Positions 41,219 through 53,218 of a stretch of DNA of 64,000 nt are shown here, piece after piece. The stretch comes from Mobula hypostoma (lineage: Eukaryota). The number at the start of each line of letters is the position of its first letter. Position 1 is the stretch's first letter. The notes beneath the pieces were generated by a model. That model searched no databases. It had not been told where the DNA came from and worked only from the letters and a program-made list of their open reading frames with translations. The stretch spans positions 86,864,001-86,928,000 of the forward strand of contig NC_086097.1 of the NCBI RefSeq assembly GCF_963921235.1, in the 5' to 3' direction. Both the position numbers and the translations under genes were made by a program.

Positions 41219-41386
<168 letters not shown>

Positions 41387-42470
41387 AATACTTGCACGTG
41401 ATGGAGACCAGAGTAAATCTCACCATGCTGACCTGTGTTCCAAATATATTTCTGCAACAGCTGGAGGTGGGAAAGATGATTCATAACCTAATTCCTTGCA
41501 GTCAAAAGCTTTGAAGGATGTTGCTTTGTCACATCTCAAATGAAGTGAAAGGAAAACTGCATTGAAGCAGAACTCTTGATTCAAAAATATAATTTGTCTT
41601 TTTTAAATTAAACATTTTAAAAATTCTATGCATCTCATATGCTTTAAAGAACATGTTATAAGTTGTAAGTAGATTTTATTGAATATTTTGTTTGTATTTA
41701 TTTATTTGCCAATACTGAGAATGCCATAGTTTCATACAGTGCACGTTTAAACTCTTTAAAGAAGTTTTTTGAGGTTATTGATGGGTTATACTTCTGTTGA
41801 CCATACAAAAGAACTATCATTTCACTACTATCTCATTCCTTCTGAGTCATGACTGTGTTAAAGACAACTGCACTAATTAACAACAAATGCACTAAATATT
41901 CTGAGGTTACTCAGAGCTTTTTATTTATATAAATGCCATTATATTTTAAAATGCCTTTCAGGATGAGAACTTTAATCATCGACTCATGTCATGCTACAAT
42001 CTCACCTCTTTTTTTTCTTTTGACTTGAAATTTTTATTTGTTTTCAATAGAACCTGTAAACAGTTGTATAATTTTTTGATATTTATTACTGTGAACTTTT
42101 TGCGTTATATAATCTTTCGTTTCTGTGTATTCAGGGAAAGAAATTTTAAGATAAAGTTAAGTGGGTTCAGCAGTAGTTTTGCTGGACTGATTTGCAAAAT
42201 GACTGGATACAGTTAACTGTTTCCTCGCAGGCCGTGCAATTTAAACCCCTCCCCTCTGTATCAAAGCAACAGCCACAACAAAACATATATGAAAGGGGTT
42301 GGGTGCTTGTATGTATACACAAAACTTGTAAATAATGTAGTTGATGTTTAAATAAAGATGACAGAAACATAAGTGATTTTTTTGAAGTGTACTGCATCTG
42401 AAACTAAATACAGTATTGAAATTATGGTCAATGAACGCAATTTTATAATAAAGCAATTCCTTCTTGATGC
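41387..42470 (+). other. pcnx1: Probable PCNX1 3' UTR
   Basis: AU-rich stretch after the stop with no recognisable repeat. AATAAA at 42351-42356 and 42447-42452. The 3' end is approximate. Confidence 0.7.
42351..42452 (+). terminator. Two candidate polyadenylation signals
   Basis: AATAAA at 42351 and 42447, each followed by T-rich sequence. Confidence 0.55.
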
Positions 42471-44145
42471 AAGAATTTTGCCTCCTATTTAAGCTGCATT
42501 TGTTTCTTTTCCTCCAGTCCTAACATTGGGTCATTCTCAGCCAATCATATCTTTAAAGAATACTTATTAGCAATATCACTTAAAATAATTGAAATATTTG
42601 CCTCTATTATAATAGTAATATTAGTTAAATGGCTAAATATTGGCAATGACAGTCTCTTATTACAACTTTGGTCTGAACAGCTTTATATCAGAAGTGAAAT
42701 GAGGCCTAAAGCTATGTGGTCTTAGTGAAACTGCAGCTGATCAGTATCAAACAAGTCAATGGAAAATAAGTATTATTTCAATGGTTCAAATTAATGTGAG
42801 AGAATGTATACAGTATAAAACCTGAAATCCTTGCTCTTTGCAGACATCCACAAAACAAAGAGGGGGAAAAAAACCCTGAAGAATGAATGACAGACAACAT
42901 TAGAACCCCACCCAAAGCCCCCTCCCCCTCCCTCACAGAAGCTGCAGCAAAGCATCAACCCTCCACCCTCTCCCCTCACTTACTCTTGAAGAAAGCATCA
43001 GCACCCCCCACCACCATCCACCATGCAGGTAATAGCAAGCCCCCAGAGACCATGATCCATAGTCCATCAAAAACTACTGTTCATCTCAACACCTTCAGCA
43101 TCCCACAGGTCCTCTCTCTCACTAACGAGGGAGAGAGAGATATCTCTCCTGCAAAAACGAGGGGGGAGGCTAACTCCTCGCTGTTTCGATGTTTCAGTCT
43201 GCAGTTTCGCTTATGTCAAGATCCGCTGACTCGAGAATCAGCAGCAAACTAATTCTCTTCATAGAGAGAGCGTGATCGCTCGAGTGGTGAGGCCTCCAAC
43301 AGCCTCAGCTGTCCCAATGTTCCGGTCTCCCAAGAGGCTTCAGTTGGCGATATTGGTGAGGAACCGGGTCGTCCACCAGGCCGCACCCCGAAGGCGCACA
43401 TCTTCCAAGCTGCTCCTGGAGATCCCAAAACACAGGCTGCTCAGCGGGTTCTGAAGAGTTAAAACCCACCATCCGTAAAGAACACATATCATAGTCCTGG
43501 CAGCAATACCTTCTGTGTGATTGTGATGACTAAGAATAAACTGATGGAGCAATGACTCTCTGGATCAGATATGTCCCTTTTTTATGGACTAGACAAATCT
43601 AAGAACTGGCCACTCAGCAATTCTGGATAAAGATAATTGCTAAGTGTGTTAGTATGGACACTGATAGGCTGCAAAACTGGGCTGAGAAGTGGCAGATGGA
43701 GTTAAACTCAGATAGGTGTGAGGTGGTTCTATTTTGGTAGGTAAAATATGATGGCAGAATATAGTATTAATGGTAAGACTCCTGGCAGTGTGGAGGATCA
43801 GAGAGATCTTGGGATCTGAGTCCATAGGACACTCAAAGCTGCTGCACAGTTTGACTCTGTGGTTAAGAAAGCATATGGTGCATTGGCCTTCATTAATTGT
43901 GGGATTGAGTTTGGGAGCCGATAAGTGGTGTTGTGGCTGTATGGGAACCTGGTCAGACCCCACTTAGAGTGCTGTGCTCGGTTCTGGTTGCCTCACTACA
44001 GGAAGGATGTGGAAACCATAGAAAGGGTGCAGAGGAGATTTACAAGGATATTGCCTGGACTGGGGAGTATGCCTTATGAGAATAGGTTGAGTGAACTCCG
44101 CCTTTTCTCCTTGGAGTGACGGAGGATGAGAGGTGACTGATAGAG

Positions 44146-44185
<40 letters not shown>

Positions 44186-44213
44186 ATATATATATATATA
44201 TATACATACATAC
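44146..44213. repeat. Compound microsatellite (TG)n(TATG)n(TA)n(CATA)n
   Basis: Read directly. Lies at the junction of the nested CR1 insertion. Confidence 0.95.
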
Positions 44214-46190
44214 AATATAATAGGTAATAGACAATATAGATAATAGGTGCAGGATTAGGCCATTTGGCCGAGCCAGCACCGCCATTCACTGTGATCATGG
44301 CTGATCATCCACAATCGGTATCCAGTTCCTGCCTTATTCCCATAATCTTTGATTCCACTATCTTTAAGAGCTCTATCCATCTCTTTCTTGAAAGCATCCA
44401 GAGCCTTGGCCTCCACAGCCTTCTGGGGCAGAACATTCCATATATTCACCACTCTCTGGGTGAAAAAGTTTTTCTTCAACTCCGTTTTAAATGGCCTACC
44501 CCTTAACTGTGACCTCTGGTTCTGGACTCACCCATCAACGGGAACATGCTTTCTGCCTCCAGCGTGTCCAATCCCTTAATAATCTTATATGTTTCAATAA
44601 GATCCCCTCTCAGCCTTCTAAATTCCAGAGTATACAAGCGCAGAAGCTCCAATCTTTCGACATATGGTTGTCCCGCCATCCTGGGAATTAACCTTGTGAA
44701 CCTGCGCTGCACTTCCTCAATAGCAAGAATGTCCTTCCTCAAATTTGGAGACCAAATCTGCACACAGTACTCCAGGTGTGGTCTCACCAGGGCCCTGTAC
44801 AGCTGCAGAAGGACCTCTTTGCTCTTATACTCAATTCCCCTTGTTATGAAGGCCAGCATGCTATTAGCTTTTTTCACTGCCTGCTGTACTTGCATGCTTG
44901 CTTTCAGTGACTGATGTACAAGAACACCTAGATCTCATTGTACTTCCCCTTTTCCTAACTTGACTCCATTTAGCTAATAATCTGCCTTCCTGTCCTTACT
45001 ACCAAAGTGGATAACCTCACATTTATCCACATTAAACTGCATCTGCCATGCATCTGCCCACTCACCCAGCCTGTCCAAGTCACCCTGCATTCTCATAACA
45101 TCCTCCTCACATTTCACACTGCCACCCAGCTTTGTGTCACCGGCAAATTTGCTAATGTTACTTTTAATTCCCTCATCTAAATCATTAATATATATTGTAA
45201 ACAGCTGCGGTCCCAGCACTGAACCCTGCGGTACCCCGCTGGTCACCGCCTGCCTTCCATTAATCGCTACTCTTTGTTTTCTGTCAGCCAACCAATTTTC
45301 AATCCATGTCAGTACTCTGCCCCCAATACCATGTGCCCTAAGTTTGCCCACTAATCTCCTATGTGGGACTTTATCAAAGGCTTTCTGAAAGTCCAGGTAC
45401 ACTACATCCACTGGCTCTCCCTTGTCCATTTTCATAGTTACATCCTCAAAAAATTCCAGAAGATTAATCAAGCACGATTTCCTCTTCATAAATCCATACT
45501 GACTCAGACCGATCCTGTTACTGCTATCCAGATGTGTCGTAATTTCATCTTTTATATTTGACTCCAGCATCTTTCCCACCACTGACGTCAGGTTAACTGG
45601 TCTATAATTCCCTGTTTTCTCTCTTCCCTCCTTCTTGAAGGGAGGGACAACATTAGCCACCCTCCAATCCACAGGAACTGATCCTGAATCTATAGAACAT
45701 TGGAAAATGATTACCAATGCGTCCACGATTTCTAAAACCACCTCCTTAAGTACCCTGGGATGCAGACCATCAGGTCCCGGGGACTTACCAGCCTTCAGAC
45801 TCAACAGTCTATCCAACATCATTTCCTGCCTAATATAAATTTCCTTCAGTTCATCCATTACCCTAGGTCCTTTGGCCACTATTATATCTGGGAAATTGTT
45901 TGTATCTTCCCTAATGAAGACAGATCCAAAGTACCTGTTCAACTCGTCTGCCATTTCCTTGTTCACCATCATAAATTCACCCATTACTGTCTTCAAGGGC
46001 CCAATTTTGGTCTTAACTATTTTTTTCCTTTTCACATACCTAAAGAAGCTTTTACTATCCTCCTTTATATTCTTGGCTAGTTTACCTTCGTACCTCATTT
46101 TTTCTCCGCGTATTGCCTTTTTAGATACCTTCTGTTGCTCTTTAAAAGTTTCCCAGTCCTCCGGCTTCCCACTCGTCTTTGCTATGTTAT
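44214..46190 (-). mobile_element. CR1 LINE (second family), 5'-truncated, RT largely open
   Basis: Minus ORFs 44974-46098 (KSPGPDG, NYRPV, DFQKAFDKVPH, SGVPQGSVLGP, KFAGDTKLGG) and 44503-44895. Confidence 0.92.
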
Positions 46191-46988
46191 ATGAAGATGA
46201 GAGGCATTTATTCTGTGGATAGTCAGAGGTTTTTTCCCAGGGCTGAAATGGCTAGCACGGGGGGAGCCAAGTTTTAGGGTGCTTGGGAGTAGGTACAGAG
46301 GGGATGTCAGGGGTAAGTTTTTAACGCAGAGAGTGGTGAGTGCATGGAATGGGCTTCCGGCGATGGTGGTGGAGGCGGATACAATAGGGTCTTTTAAAAG
46401 ACTCCTGGACAGGTACATGGACGGGGAGAAATTGTACAATCGGTTGAAGGAAGAGATTCTCAAGCAAAGCTTTGTGTTAAAAATCAGGAACAAGAAAGCC
46501 ATAAAGTAGACAAACACAAGGATAAGAATTATTGATTCATGCTGTGTCAGGACATTAGTAAACACAATGATGGATGAGTGTAAAATTCCACGTAACAGAA
46601 TTTAGATAAACCCAAAATTGATGAAGTTGGAGATAAGGTCAGAAGAGCTTTCAAATATTCAGCCTTTCAGGGATTGAGACATGATGGATTAGTGTTGGGG
46701 ATTGTAATTTCCATGTGGACCATGATAACAGTTCCTTGGTCAGGGTTGCTGAGGGACATCATATCCATGAAAAGGGCCTAAGATTGTGATTCTTGATCAA
46801 TCTAGGTGCAAGAATAAATACAATTGCAGGAAACACTCTACTATGAATGGGAGTAATGCAGAAAATTTCTTCAAACAGTACAATAGATAAAAGAGACGCT
46901 TGAAGTCTGTTTAGTAAATGGTATTAAAAACAAGGGGTTTGGAAAATGAATAAAGCAAGCTCACTACATATATAAGTAGGAAGTGCTG

Positions 46989-48687
46989 CAGTGGGTATAG
47001 AAAGTTTGCGAACCTTGTAGAATTTTCTCTATTTCTGCAGAAATATGACCTAAAATGTGATCAGATCTTCACTCAAGTCCCAAAGCTAGATAGAGAACCC
47101 AATTAATAACACAAAAAAACATTATACTTGTTCATTTATTTATTGAGAAAAATGATCCAATATTACATGTACTTGTTGGAAAAAGTACATGAACCTCTGG
47201 GGTAATGCTTTCTAAAAACAACAATTTGGAGTCAGGTGTTCCAATCAGTGAGATGAAATTGGAGGTGTGGGTTGTGGAGGTGCCCTGCCCTAGAGTTACA
47301 GAATACACGTGGACTAAGATGTTAGCTGTCCTGTGCTATCACCAGTGGGATCATCAGTTGATCTGCCACCTGTCTTCAGGAGTTTCGGCCCGCTTATGAT
47401 CAACACTCCCTCAAGGTGGTGGGCCAGCAGTGCTAAAGCACCACCTCCCACTGGTGAGCTTAAAAACTTGGCATCTGCCTCTGTCAGAGTTGTTGGTTGT
47501 TTCCATCCAACAGATAGTCTGCTCAGGTTACTTTCAGAGGACCTTGGAAGAAGAATTGCACAGGTGCATAGAAACTGGAAAAGGCTACAAATGTATTTCT
47601 AAAGACCTGAGTGATTGTCAGTCTACAGTAAGAGAAGTTGTCTACAAATGGAGGAAATTCAGTACTGTTGCTGCTCTCTCTAGCAGGTGGGCATCCTGCA
47701 AAGATCACTCCAAGAGCACAACATGCAATGCTGAAGGAGGTGAAAAAGAACCAACGGGTAACAGCAAAAGACCTGCAGAGATCTCTAGAACTTGCTAAAG
47801 TCTCTGTTTATGTCTCCACTATAAGAAAAACATTGAATAAGAATGGTGTTCATGGAAGGATACCATGGAGGAAACCACTCCTCTCCAAACAAAATCATTG
47901 CTGCACATCTCAAGTTTGCAAAAGACCACCTGGATGTTCTACAATGCTTCTGGGACAACGTTCTGTGGACAGATGAGACAAAAGTTGAACTTATTGGCAG
48001 AACTGCACATTGCTATGTTTGGAGGGTGGAGGGAAAAGGGCACAGTACTCCAACACCAAAACTTCATTCCAACTGTGAAGCACGGTGGAAGGAGCATTGT
48101 GGTTTGGGGCTGCTTTGCTTCCTCGGGGCCTGGATAACTTGCAATCATTGAGGAAACAATGACTTCAAACTTGTATCAAGGAGAATGTCAGGGTAGCAAT
48201 CCATCACCTGAAGCTTAATAGAAGTTGACAATGAACCGAAAAGCGTAAATCAACAACAGAATGGTTTAAAAAGAAGAAAATTCATATTTTGGAATGGCCA
48301 AGAGAAGGTCCTGAGGCAAGTAGTTCCTGCAAGAAACAGCCCAGAGTTTAAGCAGTTTTGTAAGGAGGAATGGCTAAAATTCCTCTAAGCCAATGTGCAG
48401 GACTGATCAACAGTAAACAGAAGTGTCTAGTTGAAGTTATTGCTGTACAAGGGGGTCACACCAGTTACTGAAAACAAGGGTTCACATACTTTTTCCAACA
48501 AATACATGCAATATGGGAACATTTTTCTCAATAAATAAATGTATTAATATATTGTTTTGTGTTATTTATTTAATAGGGTTCTCTATGTAGTTTTAGGACT
48601 TGCGTGAAGATCTGATCACATTTTAGGTCATATTTATGCAGAAACAGAGAAAATTCTACAGGATTCACAAACTTTCTAAAAACACTG
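46989..48687 (+). mobile_element. Tc1 transposon with long (~205 bp) IR/DR-type TIRs, defective transposase
   Basis: CAGTG...CACTG|TA ends. Left TIR ~46989-47195 is the reverse complement of ~48479-48687. Transposase pieces GKGYKCISKDL, GHPAKIT, NVLWTDETK, PTVKHGGRSIVVWGCF are broken by frameshifts and deletions. Confidence 0.92.
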
Positions 48688-49639
48688 TATTTGTGGCTTT
48701 GAAGAATGCATTTTGATACAATGGAAAACCTGTTTCAAAAAATCAAATGACATTGTGGGAAAACAGACATGTATTTAAGAGGCTTTAACATAATGAAGAA
48801 ATAAAAACAACAGTTGAAATACTCTGCTGGACGGAGAACACAAGTAGAAAGGTTGAGAGGATTACTCCTTCACTTCAAGCATCCTCGCTAGAACTATCAT
48901 TGGAAAAATACTATAAGGAAGAGAATCTTGAGCAAAGGATGAGGATAACACAAACCTTTTATGATTAATGGAATAAAAGTGAAGTAACATAAGCAATAAT
49001 ACAACAAAAATTCCAGGTTCTGGAAAGATAGGGCAGGATTGGTGAGGGCAGAACAACATAAAATATCTGGCAAGAAGGGAATCTGCAGCAGCCCATGACT
49101 ATGGAAGGACAAGACAGATGGATAAAATCTGAGAGGAAATCAAATAAAATTACAAATCTGAAAAAGCAAAACAAAAACACAAAGTGCTGGACAAACTCAA
49201 TAGGTCAAGCAGCATTTGTGGAAAGAGAAACAGTTAATGTTTCAGCCCCACTTTTCCCAGTTCTAATGGAGCATGCCAGAGGCAAAATCTTAATTGCTTC
49301 ACCCTCCACACCTGCTAACTCTTTCCAGCATTTTGTATTTTTGGTTAACATACCAAGTTATTAAAGACAACATTACAACAAAAACTAATAAAATTGCTTA
49401 TAGAAATGTTGTTACATCCCATTGAACCTCAATGGAGCAGAATAAGTGAAAACATTTTCCAGGAATTTGACCCATATGATGAAAGGAACTTTCTATCCAG
49501 TGAAGTGGAATCCTTTACCTGATAGAAAGTTCCTTGAAATAACGCGTTCTCATTTCTGGTAGCAAAGTCAGCATACTGATAGAATTTAGGCAGGATTTGG
49601 GACTGTTTTTAAGTTAGCATGCTTGAAGTCACCAGCAAC

Positions 49640-49990
49640 AATAAAGAAACCGTCGGGGTGTGTGTGGCTTGGAGGTCACTGATGATGCCATAGAGTCACA
49701 CAGGGCTTCCCCAACATTAGCACAAGGGAATGTATACCGCCACAATCACAATGCTAGTGAACTCCCTTGGTAAGCAGAAGGGTCTGCATTTCGGTGTTAA
49801 AAACACTACCAGGGGCAAACAGTGGCGTGTCACTACTGACGTGTTCATGCACCAGTTCTTATGAGCATGGATGCACACTCCTCCTCTGCGTATCTTACTG
49901 GAGATCACGGGAAGAGATCTCGCTGGATGGCTACTTGAGGGGTAGTATCCTAGAGCCATGTTTCCGTCAGAACAAGCACACACCAGTCCT
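49640..49990 (-). mobile_element. Rex1-like APE endonuclease fragment
   Basis: RGGVCIHAHKNWC...KCRPFCLPREFTSIVIVAVYIP, typical of the Rex1/Babar-type endonuclease. Confidence 0.65.
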
Positions 49991-50721
49991 TTATCTCATG
50001 CTGATTCAGTCATAGAAGCAGGTAATCTGATTTATTTTCTAGTGATCAAACGTTTGAAAGCAGAACCGATGGGAGAGTCAGCCTGCAGGATTTTGCATTT
50101 AGTCTCACATGACTACCAGCCCATTTACCATGCTCCTGTTTCCTCACACATCACCTCCAGTACCTTCCTGCTGTAGCAGGCAAAAATACAGTATGCAATA
50201 AGCCCACGCAATGCAGTTCCTCTACTGTCCCACACCTCGCTAGCCAGGGGGGCTTGCAGTACTCGGTGTTCTTAATATCCAGCAGTTTCTTGCAATCATA
50301 AGAAGGATGTAAAGGGTGAACAATTACACCAATATTTGGAGCCGGAGTGGCTGCTGCAACCTGGCACACTGCCATCTTGTGATGCTATGTTACAATGCTC
50401 CAAGTGCAGTCTTACCAGCATTTTGTACAGTTGCATACAATGCCCTAACTCCTATACTAAGTGGCATGATGATGAAGACCAGCATTCCACATGACATCTT
50501 CACCACCCTCTCTTCCTATGACACCACTTTCAGCAAACTATATACTTCTACTCCTAGGCCCCTCTGTTTCACACTTCATAGGGCTTGAATATTGGTTTCC
50601 CAGAATGCAACACTTTGTGCTTAGCTGAATTGAATGCCATTTTGCCAATCCTTGGCCCACTTGCCTAGCTCATCAAAATCCCTCTAGAATTTTTGATAAC
50701 CTTCTTCAATTCCGGAAGCAC

Positions 50722-51204
50722 GAGGAAATCTGCAGATGCTGGAATTTCAAGCAACACATAAAAATTGCTGGCGAACACAGCAGGCCAGTCAGCATCTATA
50801 GGAAGAGGTACAGTCGACATTTCAGGCCGAGACCCTTCGTTAGGACTAACTGAAAGAAGAGATAGTAAGAGATTTGAAAGTTGGAGGGGGAGGAGGAGAT
50901 CCAAAATGATAGGAGAAGACAGGAGGGGGAGGGATGGACCTAAGAGCTGGAAAGTTGATTGGCAAAAGGGATATAAGAGGATCATGGGACAGAAGGCCAA
51001 GGGAGAAAGAAAAGGGGGAGGGGGGAAGCCCAGAGGATGGGCAAGGAGTATAGTGAGAGGGACAGGGGGAGAAAAGGGAGAGAGAAAAAAAAAAAATAAT
51101 TAATTAATTAATTAGTAACGGATAGGGTAAGAAGGGGAGGTGGGGCATTAACAGAAGTTAGAGAAGTCAATGTTCATGCCATCAGGTTGGAGGCTACCCA
51201 GACC
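50722..51204 (-). mobile_element. Penelope-like element 3' end with pLTR and hammerhead motif
   Basis: Minus strand 51201-51148 encodes LGSLQPDGMNIDFSNFC* (PLE GIY-YIG C-terminus), then a pyrimidine-rich UTR and a hammerhead motif at 50811-50847. Flanked by a 15-bp direct repeat. Confidence 0.82.
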
Positions 51205-51219
51205 CAATTCAGGAAGCAC

Positions 51220-51480
51220 TCAGTGACTCAGGAATAGCTTCTTCCCCTCTGCCATCAGATTTCTGAATGGACATTGAACCCATAGACACTACCTCATTAC
51301 ATTTCTATTTGTGTTATTTTGCACTAATAATTTTAACATAACTTTTTAATGCACATATATACATACTTAATGTAACTCAGTTTTTTCTCTATATTTATTT
51401 ATCATGAATTTTATTGTACTGCTGCCTGTAAAGTTAGCAAATTTCACAACATATGCCAGTGCTATTAATTCTGATTCTGA
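51220..51480 (+). mobile_element. Rex1-like 3' end
   Basis: tcaggaatagcttcttcccctctgccatcaga... and an attctgattctga tail, as at 13850-14126. Confidence 0.75.
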
Positions 51481-52549
51481 CTCATAGTTTATGATACCAC
51501 CTATTTTGGTATCATCTCCAAACTTACTAACCATGCCTTGTACATTTATGTCAAATGTTTATGTAAATTATTAACAGTCTGAGAAATAACCTGTGATTGA
51601 TACTTCCTGCAAACAGAAACAGAGCTAATTATGAATTCAATTAGAATTCATAAGAGAATACAATTCTCTTCCTAGATCCCATGTGATCTGACCTTGCAAA
51701 TTAGCCTGCTGTCTGGGACCTTGTTGTAGTCCCTGCTAAAGTTCATAAGAAAAATATCCATTTCCCTGCCCTCATCTAGTCAGAGAAGGATTATATGAAG
51801 CTAAAGGAGAGATGGCAGTAGGGAGCAAATTTAATGAAAATCTCCTGCGTAGGCACCAACAGTGGTCTATTGTTCGGAGAGATCGGAGACCAGAGAGTGG
51901 TTGTGTGGGAAGGTAAGAGACCATTTAACACTGGGGCAAAGAATGTTCAAAGTATTCCCCAGGGAAAAAAAAAGTTACAGAAAAATAGAAGACATACCAG
52001 CCAGGAAAAGGAAGGATGATGGGTAATAATTCACATCTCAAAGAGGAAACAAGCTGTACTCAGATTACATTGGTGTGGTTAGCAGCATTGAGTGACTGAT
52101 CATCAGGTGAAAGGAGGTGTTCAAGACCAACTGGTTAAACAGGCAGAGGCTACTGTGGTTATGAACAGTTGGGAACCGGAAAAGGGTTTTTAAAAATTGA
52201 TTTGTTTTAAAAATAAGCTCATTCTGCGGAAAAGGCCATTTCAGAATTAGAGATTGAAATTGATGGGAAAAGATTGGAAAGGATAGGAAATTTTCAGGGA
52301 AGATGATGACTTGCTCTTCAATATTTGGGCCATTGTCCCAGGAGAGAGAGTAAATGTCAGGATTTGGCACTAAATTCATTGAAGGATACAAAAAAATGGA
52401 CCCAGTTTGCCAGGGTTATGAAGGAATGGATAGAAGATAGAACAAGGCAAAGCAGGAAAAGGTAAGTGATTTATCTTGATAAGCAAGGAAAAAGGGACAA
52501 ATGAAGTACACTTAACTAGGTAAAGTGATTAAGATTTCTACTGATACGG

Positions 52550-53218
52550 TGTGAGGTATTTCATCTTAGTGGTTTTCTGTAAAAGCTGTGTGTCCTGTGG
52601 GTAGAATGTATTAGTTTCAGCTAAAGATGAGGAACCCTGTTGTCTAATGTTGTGTCAGCCAATCAGGATGGTGGGAAAGTTCTAGAGAGAGCTGGGCCGA
52701 GGGAGATTTGTGACGGACAGTGGTCTTTTGGCGAGAGATGCGGAGGAGTGAAGACGCCTGACGATTCGATCCAATGAGAAGACACTATTGCAAGTCAAAG
52801 GCATCCAAGATGGGAAGTTCTATCGGTGATTGGTGATGAGAATTCAGCGCTGTGAGTAATGATTATACCCAGTTTTTGGAACAACTGAGCTCCACGGTCA
52901 TGTGCACAGTTAGACTAGTCTAACTGTGACAGGCCACTTTATTTCTTTTTTTCTTTTCTTTCTCTTTGTAACTATTTGATAAAGCTGAAATTGGTAAATA
53001 TACTTGCTTTATAATTTTACACTGGTGTATGATTTGTCATTTCTATTGGGGCAGTATCTACACAACAATTAATCAGGCCATCCCAACTTTCCTGTTTGGT
53101 CGAACCCCAAATCACATACATTGTTAGAAAGTTGGCTTTCTCACCATTAAGTCACATGGCTGTTAGCAGAGTTAGCTATTGAGCCAAGTTTGCATATGAG
53201 CACAAGGAGAAGGTTACA
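52550..53218 (+). mobile_element. Possible solo LTR
   Basis: TG...GTTACA ends, CCAAT box (agccaatcagg ~52657), GC-rich core. No clear TSD and the 5' edge is uncertain. Confidence 0.35.

Larger units (their letters stand above)
43650..46422 (+). mobile_element. Older CR1 (+) split into 43650-44146 and ~46190-46422 by a nested minus-strand CR1
   Basis: LVRPHLECC..WLPHYRKDVETIERVQRRFTR before the break. gaagatgagaggcatt...RGKFLTQRVVSAWNGLP after it. Confidence 0.8.

Noticed and set aside
42887..43252. 121-aa Pro/Ser-rich ORF and similar ORFs at 63524-63968
   Set aside because: They lie in CA-rich interspersed repeats. Openness is explained by composition, and there are no domain motifs.
47345..47395. 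Type II hammerhead in the Tc1 insert (GAAA...CTGATGA on the minus strand)
   Set aside because: Stem II does not close next to the core and there is no correctly placed UH cleavage site after stem III.
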